Shown: positions 9,262 to 18,031 of the stretch, one piece after another | How positions within the stretch are numbered: the stretch's first letter is position 1 | How the letters are laid out: each line of letters opens with the position of its first letter | NCBI GenBank assembly: GCA_028289125.1 | Contig: JAQGGZ010000008.1 | Span: forward strand, 1 to 32,000 | Direction of reading: 5' to 3' | DNA length: 32,000 nt | DNA from: Candidatus Saccharimonadota bacterium | GTDB lineage: Bacteria; Patescibacteriota; Saccharimonadia; Saccharimonadales; UBA4665 | Notes under the pieces: generated by a model | What the model saw: the letters and a program-made list of their open reading frames with translations, nothing else | The model's database searches: none | Told to the model about the DNA's origin: nothing | Program-made: the position numbers and the translations under genes

Positions 9262-9953
9262 CACCACAAATAGCCCAAGAAATACTCGACAAAATCGTTG
9301 GCCAGGTCTTTGGCTACAAAAACCCGTTATCACTTGAACAGTTCATGCAGAAGTACGCTTTTGACGTACGTTTGCCGATGCAGGTAAATGATAGCACCAC
9401 AGGTGAAATAACCTGGGCGGCTTCGGCTAATCCGACAAAGTTCATCACCATGGCCAACGCGCGGAAGCGCTCGGAGGCGCAAGACTTGCTGCCGACACGG
9501 CCGCTGCCGGACATCCAGAGTATTCTGACCGCTTGGAATGAAACCAATTTCATGTCCACCGAACGTCAGATCGAATCGGTCAACATACTGGAATGTGACA
9601 ATATAACGAAATCAGAAAATATTTATCGATCCCAGTTCATCGTCAGTTCCAAGAACATACTGTTCAGCGAGGGCTGCCACTACTCAGAATTCCTAGCCGC
9701 TTCACAACGATCGCAGAGCTCCACCTTCAGTATCAAGGTGGACGATAGCCAGAATGTTACCAACAGCTTCTTCGTCACCTGGTCTAATAAGGTTACCAAC
9801 AGTTTCTTCATTAACGACTGTTTCGACCTGACGGATTGCATGTTCTGCACGAACATGGCCGGCAAGCAGTATTGTATCGCCAACATGCAGTTCGAAGAAG
9901 AAGAGTACCGCAAGATCAAGGATATGGTCGTGCGCTGGATCCTGACGAACTAA
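9258..9953 (+). CDS. Small protein of unknown function with serial short hydrophobic/Cys/Ser repeats; translationally coupled to the ATPase
   Basis: 231 aa, ATGA overlap with the ATPase gene. Central region NILECDNITKSENIYRSQFIVSSKNILFSEGCHY...NVTNSFFVTWSNKVTNSFFINDCFDLTDCMFCTNMAGKQYCIANMQFEEEEY. Confidence 0.85.
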   Translation: MTPQIAQEILDKIVGQVFGYKNPLSLEQFMQKYAFDVRLPMQVNDSTTGEITWAASANPTKFITMANARKRSEAQDLLPTRPLPDIQSILTAWNETNFMSTERQIESVNILECDNITKSENIYRSQFIVSSKNILFSEGCHYSEFLAASQRSQSSTFSIKVDDSQNVTNSFFVTWSNKVTNSFFINDCFDLTDCMFCTNMAGKQYCIANMQFEEEEYRKIKDMVVRWILTN

Positions 9954-10681
9954 CCGAGGGCAATCATCAGGCAGAAGCCTACTGTCAGAGCCACGGATAG
10001 GCTGCTGAAGCGGTCGAGAACCCCGCCGTGGCCGGGAATCGACGTGCCCCAGTCGGCAATGCCGAGACGTCGTTTGACGTAGCTATTAGCCAGGTCGCCG
10101 ATCGCTGACGCGAAGCCTATAAGAATGCCGGGCCACCACGGCAGCCCCAGGTTGAGCAGGCTGACCGTCGCCCACCAGCCAAGTGCACCGCCGACGATCT
10201 GCCCGGCGACACCTTCCCAGGCCTTATTCGGATTAAGCGCCTTCGGCAGTTTATGCCGGCCCAGGTAACGGCCACCGAAGAAGGCGGCCACATCGGACAG
10301 GGCAGAGCTGAAACATACTGCCAATAGCCACACCGCATGTCCCTCGTCCGTCCAGTACAGGAGCAGGCTGGCGAACAGTGCCACGGTGACGCCAAAGTAC
10401 ACATAGGCGACCGGTAGCAGACGATGTTGGCGGCGAAGTTCCACGACGGCAAAGACTGCCATCAACAGGACGGTAATGGCGACAAACGGCAGACCAAGCC
10501 ACAACATGGCGAGCAGCCACAGGAAAATCGGCCACCACCAGACTATCTTCGTCCATATGCTGGACTTGAAAAACCGTTGCCAGTTCCACCTGTACAACGG
10601 CAGGCAGGCGACCGCTCCGGCCAAGAACAAGCAGCTGAACCAGGCCAGGCTAAGCAGGGATAGTTTCAGTGTCATAGTCAT
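9950..10681 (-). CDS. cdsA: Phosphatidate cytidylyltransferase (CDP-DAG synthase)
   Basis: 243 aa multi-TM protein with signature-like SYVKRRLGIADWGTSIPGHGGVLDRFSS. ALNPNKAWEGVAGQIVG also matches the family. Confidence 0.88.
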   Translation of the reverse strand: MTMTLKLSLLSLAWFSCLFLAGAVACLPLYRWNWQRFFKSSIWTKIVWWWPIFLWLLAMLWLGLPFVAITVLLMAVFAVVELRRQHRLLPVAYVYFGVTVALFASLLLYWTDEGHAVWLLAVCFSSALSDVAAFFGGRYLGRHKLPKALNPNKAWEGVAGQIVGGALGWWATVSLLNLGLPWWPGILIGFASAIGDLANSYVKRRLGIADWGTSIPGHGGVLDRFSSLSVALTVGFCLMIALG

Positions 10682-11225
10682 GTACCTTTCCGCGGATGTT
10701 ATGGCGGAGTGTCCAGCAGGCGATCAGGCCGAGGATGGCCGGTTGCCACCAGGCGCTCGGCTCCATCCAAATGGTGATCAACGCCAAGCCGAGGATGCCG
10801 CTGAGCGAACCGCTGCTTGAACGCCAACCGCGCCAGCGCCAGAAGCAGTAGATGGCCAGACCGACCATAGCGGCCAGGGGTTGCAGATAGAGCATGATGC
10901 CGAGGCCGGTGGCGACGCCTTTGCCGCCTTTTAAGTTAAGCCAGATCGGCCACAAGTGCCCGGCGATGGCAGCCAGGCCGATCCAGAAGGCGGTATCCGC
11001 GCCAACCACTTGGGCCGCTAGCCACGTCGGCCCGAATCCTTTGGCGGTGTCAATGATCAGGGTTATGAGACCGGCCCGCCAACCAAGCACACGCTGCACG
11101 TTAGCAAAACCGATATTGCCGCTGCCGCGACGCTGAATATCGATGCCGTGCATACGGGCGATTATCTTACCGGCCGGCAGCGAACCGGACAGGTAAGCGA
11201 TAAGCGTAAGAATAATTATTTGCAT
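10650..11225 (-). CDS. plsY: Glycerol-3-phosphate acyltransferase PlsY
   Basis: 191 aa. GSLPAGKIIARMHGIDIQRRGSGNIGFANVQRVLG, AAIAGHLWPIWLNLKGGKGVATGLG. Confidence 0.93.
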   Translation of the reverse strand: MQIIILTLIAYLSGSLPAGKIIARMHGIDIQRRGSGNIGFANVQRVLGWRAGLITLIIDTAKGFGPTWLAAQVVGADTAFWIGLAAIAGHLWPIWLNLKGGKGVATGLGIMLYLQPLAAMVGLAIYCFWRWRGWRSSSGSLSGILGLALITIWMEPSAWWQPAILGLIACWTLRHNIRGKVHDYDTETIPA

Positions 11226-11266
11226 AAGCTTTTTCTCATGTTAGACTGAGCGCAGGAATACATGCA

Positions 11267-11962
11267 ATGATAGGACTAATAGGTTTCATCTTGGCAGCAC
11301 TAAGTATCGGTGCTTTCGGAGCCAGCGTCAATGGCGCATTTCCGGCCGCCTCGCCAAGCGCCCGCTACCATTTCAGTCTGGCATTGTATCTCTTAGCCGC
11401 AGCCATGGTGCTATGGGGTGTGACCGTTGCGGTCAATGATCCGTCGGTGACGGACATGCTCTTCATCGCGACCGACATTCTGATGGCGACCGCGACCTTG
11501 GTGCTGATACGGACCGTATTTTACGGCGGACGGCTTGTCATTACGGTACTTGCGACATTCGTCGCGGTATTGGTCGCATACCGCGCGACGACGGTGCCGA
11601 CAACCGCATTCATCGAAGATGGCCTGCTGCATTTTAATCTGCAGGATGGCCTGCGTACGACGCTTCTCGGTACGCTTCTCCTCGTGTGGTTGCCTATAAT
11701 GTTGACGCTGGCTCGTCGCTTCGGCGCTGTCAGTCGCTTCGAGTGGGTGACCCCGGTCCTCACGTTACAGTACAGCTTGCTCGTATTCGCCACCGCCATG
11801 TTCATGTCGGCGCGCCGACCGTGGGTCATCGTCAGCCTGTTCGGAATGATGATCGTACTGTTCGTCGTAGCCACCGTCTTCAATCGTAGCTTGAGTCAGA
11901 TTCCGGCCGCTGTGCCTCAGAAGAAAGGGAAGAAGCACCATGCCACCGGCTCCGCATCCTAA
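11267..11962 (+). CDS. Hypothetical polytopic membrane protein
   Basis: 231 aa with about seven hydrophobic segments. AGGAA upstream. Confidence 0.8.
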   Translation: MIGLIGFILAALSIGAFGASVNGAFPAASPSARYHFSLALYLLAAAMVLWGVTVAVNDPSVTDMLFIATDILMATATLVLIRTVFYGGRLVITVLATFVAVLVAYRATTVPTTAFIEDGLLHFNLQDGLRTTLLGTLLLVWLPIMLTLARRFGAVSRFEWVTPVLTLQYSLLVFATAMFMSARRPWVIVSLFGMMIVLFVVATVFNRSLSQIPAAVPQKKGKKHHATGSAS

Positions 11963-12350
11963 CGACCCCGTCTGGCTCTCCCGTGAAGAGTACGACCGCT
12001 TGCGCCAACAGGCCGCCTATAATGCCGTCCCTCTGGTAGTGCCGGCTCCCCCTCAAGCGAAAACCAATACGGTCGGCACGACGGTGGCAGCCGTGACCGC
12101 GATCGGTCTGTTAATCGCCCTGACCACTCACATGACAGGCATATTCCTGATATGTTTGCCGGTGCTTATCGTGATTACACTGATATCATGGGTCAAAAGT
12201 ATCCGCGCTAAGAATGACGGATCTATCCGCAGCAAAATTACAGTCACCGCGCTGGCAATCATTATTATCTTGTTAATTCTGGCGTTGCTTGCCTTCGCGC
12301 CGTTCATCTTGTTGATATTCTTCGTCATGGCCGGTGGTGGCATCGGCTAA
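11940..12350 (+). CDS. Hypothetical small membrane protein
   Basis: 136 aa. Soluble N-terminus WLSREEYDRLRQQAAYN followed by three hydrophobic segments. Overlaps the upstream ORF by 23 nt. Confidence 0.75.
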   Translation: MPPAPHPNDPVWLSREEYDRLRQQAAYNAVPLVVPAPPQAKTNTVGTTVAAVTAIGLLIALTTHMTGIFLICLPVLIVITLISWVKSIRAKNDGSIRSKITVTALAIIIILLILALLAFAPFILLIFFVMAGGGIG

Positions 12351-12356
12351 GGCCAC

Positions 12357-13037
12357 GTGGTTGCATACCTCGTCAATTTCATAGCGGTCGGTGCGGGTAT
12401 CTGCCTGTTCTTTTTGCCGTTCGTAGCAGTCTTCGCTTTCAAGCACCGGCGCGAGATCATAGCCAAGCGGCCGCATTTCAACCAGTTCATGGAACGGTTC
12501 TTTTCGAGCCGCCAGTCAAATTACCTCGTCCTGACGTGGGCGGCGGCCGAGGCGGTCGTCTGGTATGTCATACCGGAATTCCTCTTACTGCTGGTAGTGT
12601 TCATGAAAGTCCACAAAAAGCGTGACCTGGTCAAATACGACCTGATCGGCACGGTCATCGGCACGCTGGTCGCTTTCATGTGGCATCTTTCGCCGTCGGC
12701 GCTCGTGCATCTGCCGTATGTCCGGCCGAGTATGATCGAACAAGTCAGGAACTGGTTCGAGACCAGCGGGGTGTTCGGGCTGCTGCACCAGCCGTTCTCG
12801 GGCGTCCCTTATAAAGTGTTCACGCATATGGCGCCGGACTACCATTTCAATATCATACTGTTCCTGCTGGTGGCGATCGCAGCCCGTATGTTCCGCTACC
12901 TGGTGCTATACGCGGCGTTCGTCGGCGCATACCCGGTCTTGCATAAGCTGGTGCGACGGCATTATGCACTCCTGTTCCTGCTGGCCATCGCCATCTTCAG
13001 CGCCATGCTGTTGCAGGTGTTACGGGCGTATAACTAA
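12357..13037 (+). CDS. Membrane protein, possibly DedA/YqaA (SNARE-associated/VTT)-like
   Basis: 226 aa, GTG start. VRNWFETSGVFGLLHQPFSGVPYKVFTHMAP resembles the YqaA/DedA core. Fold assignment is tentative. Confidence 0.6.
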   Translation: MVAYLVNFIAVGAGICLFFLPFVAVFAFKHRREIIAKRPHFNQFMERFFSSRQSNYLVLTWAAAEAVVWYVIPEFLLLLVVFMKVHKKRDLVKYDLIGTVIGTLVAFMWHLSPSALVHLPYVRPSMIEQVRNWFETSGVFGLLHQPFSGVPYKVFTHMAPDYHFNIILFLLVAIAARMFRYLVLYAAFVGAYPVLHKLVRRHYALLFLLAIAIFSAMLLQVLRAYN

Positions 13038-14212
13038 CCGGCGATGTGAGGCCGTCGCATCGTGATTACGACGAAGACAAGGATAAGCACGGCTAATGCC
13101 AAGACTATATAGGCGGCATGAAAGACTGACGCACCGTTGCTGATGGCGCCGAACAACAAGACTATAGGTATGATGAGTCCGCGACCCGTCGTGCTGACCG
13201 TCGATGTCGCGCCGGCCCGTAACTTACTCGGCAACGTATCGTGTAACCGCTTGGAATACACGACGCTCAATGCACTTAAGGCAGTCGCCAGACAGAAGAA
13301 CGCGGCCACGATGACCGCCAGGTTGCGGGTAAAGATAAGGCATACCGAACTGATGATTATCAGTGCGGTCGATATGGCTACCAACAGGCCTTTTTTACGC
13401 CACGCGGCCGCGACGCCACCGAAACCGATAGAACCGAGCACTATGGCGTTGATAATGCCGTACAAGGCGGCCGGAGCGGCCAATGCGATAAGCCATAACT
13501 GATCCATCTCAAAGAACAGTTCCGTCGTAATCGTGACTAGTATCAGGCTGATGACGATCGGTAGCAGGGCACCGCGGCGAAGTACCGCCCGGAACGTGGC
13601 GATGATATGAGCACGGACATCGACGGCTTCCTCGGCACGGTGTAAGGATGGCTCCCGGAGAAATAACAGTGCGATAATCCCTAATATGATGGGTGGGACC
13701 GACCAGAAAAATGTGGTCCTCAGATCGGTCGCCTGGCTTAACAGGCCACCGGCAATGCTACTGATTATCAGCCCGAGCGAAGCTACCAGCTCCAGGCGGC
13801 CGAAGTACAGCTCGTAGCGTTTGCCGGAGCCTTCTTCCTCAAGCAACGTATCGTACACGATAGCTTCGTTGGTGCCCGAGTATAACGCGTAGAATATGCC
13901 CCAGAAGATCGTACCGATCAGGAATACCGTTTCTGAATTACTAAGGCCGCATACCACCGCACTTATCAGCAGTGCGACATAGCCGAGGATAAGGACGCCT
14001 TTGCGGCTCCAGCGATCGGCTAGTATGCCGGAAGGTACCTCGCAGATAAGGATGATGGCTGAGTAGGCAGCTACCATCAGGCCGATCGTAGCGTCATTGA
14101 AACCGATGCTACGCATGAAGAATTTTTCGACGGCATACCAGAAAATGAAGTTGCTTAGGAATTCCGCAGCGAACAGTGGGGCCAGTCGTCGGGTGGTACC
14201 GTGCAGTCTCAT
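13034..14212 (-). CDS. MFS transporter
   Basis: 392 aa, about 12 TM segments. GLMVAAYSAIILICEVPSGILADRWSRKGVLILG is a typical MFS loop 2-3 motif. Confidence 0.9.
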   Translation of the reverse strand: MRLHGTTRRLAPLFAAEFLSNFIFWYAVEKFFMRSIGFNDATIGLMVAAYSAIILICEVPSGILADRWSRKGVLILGYVALLISAVVCGLSNSETVFLIGTIFWGIFYALYSGTNEAIVYDTLLEEEGSGKRYELYFGRLELVASLGLIISSIAGGLLSQATDLRTTFFWSVPPIILGIIALLFLREPSLHRAEEAVDVRAHIIATFRAVLRRGALLPIVISLILVTITTELFFEMDQLWLIALAAPAALYGIINAIVLGSIGFGGVAAAWRKKGLLVAISTALIIISSVCLIFTRNLAVIVAAFFCLATALSALSVVYSKRLHDTLPSKLRAGATSTVSTTGRGLIIPIVLLFGAISNGASVFHAAYIVLALAVLILVFVVITMRRPHIAG

Positions 14213-14220
14213 ATCGGCTC

Positions 14221-14226
14221 ATTATA
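14221..14226 (-). promoter_or_regulatory. Candidate -10 (TATAAT on minus strand) for the MFS gene; leaderless arrangement
   Basis: attata on + strand, separated from the minus-strand ATG (14212) by 8 nt. Confidence 0.6.
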
Positions 14227-14257
14227 CTCCCAGCTGTTTATCTGACCCCTGGAACGG

Positions 14258-14263
14258 TATAAT
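14258..14263 (+). promoter_or_regulatory. Candidate -10 (TATAAT) for prfB; leaderless arrangement
   Basis: 6 nt between the hexamer and ATG 14270. Confidence 0.6.
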
Positions 14264-14269
14264 GATTGC

Positions 14270-15355
14270 ATGCACGACCTCCACAAACAGGCTGACCAGC
14301 TGCATCACGAGCTCAATCAGGCACTCGGCCGGCTGAATTTCGGGCCGCTCGATGAAGAAGAGAAGTCCTTAAACCACCTGATGGCTCAGCCGGATTTCTG
14401 GCAAGACGCCCAGCATGCGGCCGAGGTCAGTAAGCAACAGGCCAAGCTTGAAAAGCGTCTGCAGCCCTGGCGCCAGCTGCGCCAGGAACTAGCCGACACC
14501 AAGGAATTGCTGTCATTAAATGATGACTCATTGCAGTCTGACCTCAGTAAAACTCTAGAAAAGTTGAACACAAGATTTGTTCAACTGCAAGATGACCTGA
14601 AACTGACAGGGCCATACGACGACTACGACGCCGTCCTCAGTATCCATGCCGGAGCAGGCGGCACCGACGCCCAAGACTGGGCCCAGATGATCATGCGCAT
14701 GTACTTACGCTTCGCCGAACAGCAAGGCTGGAAGGCGGATGTCCTTGAAGAATCGAGCAGTGATGAAGCGGGCATCAAATCGGTCACGATCGAGATGACG
14801 GGCGACTACACATACGGACGGCTGAAGAGCGAACATGGTGTGCACCGCCTGGTGCGCCTCAGCCCGTTTAATTCAGACAACTTACGACAGACCAGTTTTG
14901 CCAAAGTCGAGGTAACGCCCAAAATCGATCGCCCGGATCAGCTGGTAATCGACGACAAAGACTTAAAGATCGATGTCTACCGCAGCGGCGGCCACGGCGG
15001 CCAGTCGGTCAATACCACCGATAGCGCCGTCCGCATCACGCACTTGCCAACGGGCTTGGTCGTGGCGATTCAGAACGAGCGCTCACAGCTCCAGAACAAA
15101 GAGACGGCTCTGAGCATTCTCCGCGGTCGTCTGGCACAGTTGCAGCTGGAGCAACATGCCGAACAGCTGTCAGAACTAAAAGGTCCGAACGAGCAGGCGG
15201 CCTGGGGCAACCAGATCCGCAGCTACGTCCTGCATCCTTATAAACAGGTTAAGGATCTGCGGACCCGCCACGAATCATCCGACCCTGACAAAGTACTCGA
15301 TGGCGACCTTGAGCCGTTCATCGAAGCCTACCTGAACCAGATCGATATAGAATAA
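14270..15355 (+). CDS. prfB: Peptide chain release factor 2
   Basis: 361 aa. SPF tripeptide (VRLSPFNSDNLRQTSFAKVEV) and GGQ motif (SGGHGGQSVNTTDSAVRITHLPTG). Confidence 0.97.
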   Translation: MHDLHKQADQLHHELNQALGRLNFGPLDEEEKSLNHLMAQPDFWQDAQHAAEVSKQQAKLEKRLQPWRQLRQELADTKELLSLNDDSLQSDLSKTLEKLNTRFVQLQDDLKLTGPYDDYDAVLSIHAGAGGTDAQDWAQMIMRMYLRFAEQQGWKADVLEESSSDEAGIKSVTIEMTGDYTYGRLKSEHGVHRLVRLSPFNSDNLRQTSFAKVEVTPKIDRPDQLVIDDKDLKIDVYRSGGHGGQSVNTTDSAVRITHLPTGLVVAIQNERSQLQNKETALSILRGRLAQLQLEQHAEQLSELKGPNEQAAWGNQIRSYVLHPYKQVKDLRTRHESSDPDKVLDGDLEPFIEAYLNQIDIE

Positions 15356-15365
15356 AGGACACGGT

Positions 15366-16139
15366 ATGAGCCAACCACGATCTCCTCAGCCCACCGAACA
15401 GATATTTACCAGCATCGAAGCGCTGAGCTTGAGACATGAGCCTGAGATCGTAGCGTTTCAGGCAAGTGCCGAGGCACCGATCCACTGCGAGTCTGACAGT
15501 GAGATGCAACGGGCCTTCGCGGCGCAAATGCTGCGACGGGTCCGGGAAGAACTGCCCGACGACCCGGCTGCAGAGCAGATCGCGCCCCTCATGCCGATGG
15601 CTATCGGAAGCTTCGCGCTGTTCAGTATTACTTATGATCATAGTATGACCGTGGTCAGTCAGACGACCTTCATAACGCCTGGCGGAGACTGGTTGCGCCG
15701 GACTGCCCACATCCTGACCGAAGACCCGCAGGTAACGCACTCGCTCGGAATCGACCGTATCGAGCCCCAAGGCACCGACGATGGCTATGTGGATGCCGAG
15801 TTCCGGATGGATATTAACGACCGTGCACTGATTGAAGCCGCCAGCGATCTGTTTCTTGATGGTTACGGTGATGAAGCTGCCTACTTCCGAGTCGTGAACA
15901 TGATCGACAATTTTGAGGGCGAGCGCATAGAGGTGTCCGACCTGCTCGACGCGTTTCCGGATTATTTTGAAGTCGGGGAGGGTAGCGCCGTGGCGGCCTT
16001 ACTGCCCGGCATGAACCGCCAGCTGGCTGAAATCCGTCGGCAGAACGAGTTACGCGATGATGTCCCGGGCCTATTCCACCCGACCCCCGAAGAACTGGGA
16101 GACGTCTCCACCATGTTGCGCCGGCTAGCGTCGGCTTAG
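15366..16139 (+). CDS. Hypothetical acidic soluble protein
   Basis: 257 aa, AAAGGAC SD-like element upstream, no recognised motif. Confidence 0.8.
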   Translation: MSQPRSPQPTEQIFTSIEALSLRHEPEIVAFQASAEAPIHCESDSEMQRAFAAQMLRRVREELPDDPAAEQIAPLMPMAIGSFALFSITYDHSMTVVSQTTFITPGGDWLRRTAHILTEDPQVTHSLGIDRIEPQGTDDGYVDAEFRMDINDRALIEAASDLFLDGYGDEAAYFRVVNMIDNFEGERIEVSDLLDAFPDYFEVGEGSAVAALLPGMNRQLAEIRRQNELRDDVPGLFHPTPEELGDVSTMLRRLASA

Positions 16140-16163
16140 CGGTTCCGGCGTCAGGCGTAAGCG

Positions 16164-16172
16164 TGTTATACT
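16164..16172 (+). promoter_or_regulatory. Extended -10 (TGT-TATACT) for ftsE; leaderless arrangement
   Basis: 7 nt from ATG 16180. Shares GCGTGTTATA with the ctpA-like promoter. Confidence 0.6.
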
Positions 16173-16179
16173 TAAGCTA

Positions 16180-16998
16180 ATGATTCTGTTGGACAGGGTA
16201 ACCAAAGTTTACGGCAAGCATGCGAACGCGGCGCTGGAAAAAATCAGTCTGCACGTTGAGCCGAAAGAATTCGTCATCGTCATCGGTCAGTCCGGTGCCG
16301 GTAAATCAACGCTGCTAAAATTATTGACTCGTGAAGAGCGGCCGACGAGCGGCAAGATCGTCATCGGCGGCGTAGACTACGACAAACTGCGCGACAAGGA
16401 TATCCCGTCGCTGCGCCGTAAAATCGGCGTGGTCTTCCAGGACTTCAAGTTACTCCAGAACAAAACCGTCTTTGAGAACATCGCTTTTGCCCTCGAGATC
16501 GTCGGCGCCAGTCGCAACGAGATCAACCACACGATTCCGCGCGTCCTCGACATCGTCAACCTGAAAGGGAAGGAGAAGCGCATGCCGTTTGAGCTCTCCG
16601 GTGGTGAACGCCAGCGTGTCGCCATTGCCCGGGCCATCGTTCGTCAGCCGAAGATCCTCATCGCCGACGAGCCGACTGGTAACCTTGACCCGAAGCACGC
16701 CATGGACGTCATCAAGGTCCTGGAAAAGATCAACAAATACGGTACCACCGTGCTGCTTACGACCCATAACCAGGAAATCGTCGATAAACTGCAGCGACGC
16801 GTCGTCCGCATCGAGAATGGTAAGGTCGTCAGTGACCGCGCCAATGCCACCTACGAAAAAGCGACTGCTCCCGAGGAACCGGTACTTGCCGCCGGTCCAC
16901 AGGTACCCCATGGTACATTGCCGGCGCCGACCGGCCGCCTGTCCAAACTTCCATTAGGCGCGCGACTGAAGAAACCCGTAACGAAACGAAAAATATGA
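16180..16998 (+). CDS. ftsE: Cell division ATP-binding protein FtsE
   Basis: 272 aa. GQSGAGKST, LSGGERQRVAIARAIVRQPKILIADEPTGNLDP. Adjacent to ftsX. Extra Pro/Ala/Lys-rich C-terminal tail. Confidence 0.95.
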   Translation: MILLDRVTKVYGKHANAALEKISLHVEPKEFVIVIGQSGAGKSTLLKLLTREERPTSGKIVIGGVDYDKLRDKDIPSLRRKIGVVFQDFKLLQNKTVFENIAFALEIVGASRNEINHTIPRVLDIVNLKGKEKRMPFELSGGERQRVAIARAIVRQPKILIADEPTGNLDPKHAMDVIKVLEKINKYGTTVLLTTHNQEIVDKLQRRVVRIENGKVVSDRANATYEKATAPEEPVLAAGPQVPHGTLPAPTGRLSKLPLGARLKKPVTKRKI

Positions 16999-17939
16999 AA
17001 CGAAAGATGATAACCGTCGGCCGTATCTTTACGACCGGCCTGAAGAACTTTGCTCGTAATCTGACACTTGCGGTCGCCGCTATGGCCGTCATGGTCGTGA
17101 CGCTGACGATCGTACTGTTTTCACTGATCACGAACGCTACGTTCACCAACACTATCCAGACCATCACTGACCGCATTGATGTGTCAGTTTATCTGAAAGA
17201 CGAGGTCACGCCCGCACAACGCGACAAACTGCTGGACGACCTGAAAAAACAGCCTGACGTCGCCAGCGTCGAGTACCAGTCAAAAGATGCGGTGTTAGAG
17301 GACTACCTGAAACAGAACCCGACCGACACGACTTTGCAAGCCGCCGTCCAACAGACCGGTAATACCTTGCCGGCGACCATCCGCATCAAGCCGAACGACC
17401 TGAATAAAATTGACAACATCCGACAATATCTGTCCACGCCAGCCAATGCGGCGCTCCAATCTGATAAACCGAGTTACTCCGGCGAACGCAAGCAGGCCAT
17501 CGATAACATTACCCACGCCACCAATGTTCTGCAGCGCCTCAGCGTCGTTGCAGTGGCGCTGTTCGCCCTGATTTCGGCCCTGATCGTCTTCAACACCATC
17601 CAGATGGCGATCTTCAACCGCCGCGAAGAACTGACCATCATGCGCTTGCTTGGTGCGACCACCAACTACATCCGCGGACCATTTATCGTCGAAAGCGTGC
17701 TGTACGGCGTACTGTCGGCCATCGCTTCGATTGCTATTATCAACGCCGCTTTTGCCGCCGCCAACAACGCCCTGCAGGCCACGAGCTTAGGATTGCTCGA
17801 TATACACTATGCCAGCGAATATTTCCATGAGAATTTCTGGATCTTGTTTGCGCTGCAACTATCGGCTGGTATACTGCTAGGAGCCGCATCGTCCATCATT
17901 GCCACCCGGCGCTATCTGAAATTCCGTACATCGAAATAA
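16995..17939 (+). CDS. ftsX: Cell division protein FtsX
   Basis: 314 aa. N-terminal TM, extracytoplasmic SVYLKDEVTPAQ...VASVEYQSKDAVLEDY, C-terminal FtsX-type permease. ATGA overlap with ftsE. Confidence 0.95.
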   Translation: MKRKMITVGRIFTTGLKNFARNLTLAVAAMAVMVVTLTIVLFSLITNATFTNTIQTITDRIDVSVYLKDEVTPAQRDKLLDDLKKQPDVASVEYQSKDAVLEDYLKQNPTDTTLQAAVQQTGNTLPATIRIKPNDLNKIDNIRQYLSTPANAALQSDKPSYSGERKQAIDNITHATNVLQRLSVVAVALFALISALIVFNTIQMAIFNRREELTIMRLLGATTNYIRGPFIVESVLYGVLSAIASIAIINAAFAAANNALQATSLGLLDIHYASEYFHENFWILFALQLSAGILLGAASSIIATRRYLKFRTSK

Positions 17940-17977
17940 ACAGTTCGTAAATCAAATCAAGTCTTTAAATGAGGGTA

Positions 17978-18006
17978 TTTACAACTTACATGGGGCAGGG
18001 TATTAT
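17978..18006 (+). promoter_or_regulatory. Sigma70-type promoter TTTACA-17-TATTAT for the CHAP hydrolase gene
   Basis: -35 at 17978-17983, 17-nt spacer, -10 at 18001-18006. Confidence 0.65.
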
Positions 18007-18031
18007 AAGCATAACCAACAAAACAAAAACC

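Noticed and set aside
11211-11220. AATAATTATT palindrome near the start of plsY
   Set aside because: Short AT-only palindrome within the first codons of plsY, likely chance in low-complexity sequence.
16450-16957. 153-aa antisense and 122-aa out-of-frame ORFs within ftsE
   Set aside because: They overlap the conserved ABC ATPase motifs of FtsE and look like shadow ORFs with low-information composition.
17969-18031. N-terminal extension MRVFTTYMGQGIISITNKTKT of the CHAP hydrolase
   Set aside because: It would precede and disrupt the signal peptide and lies across a sigma70-type promoter.
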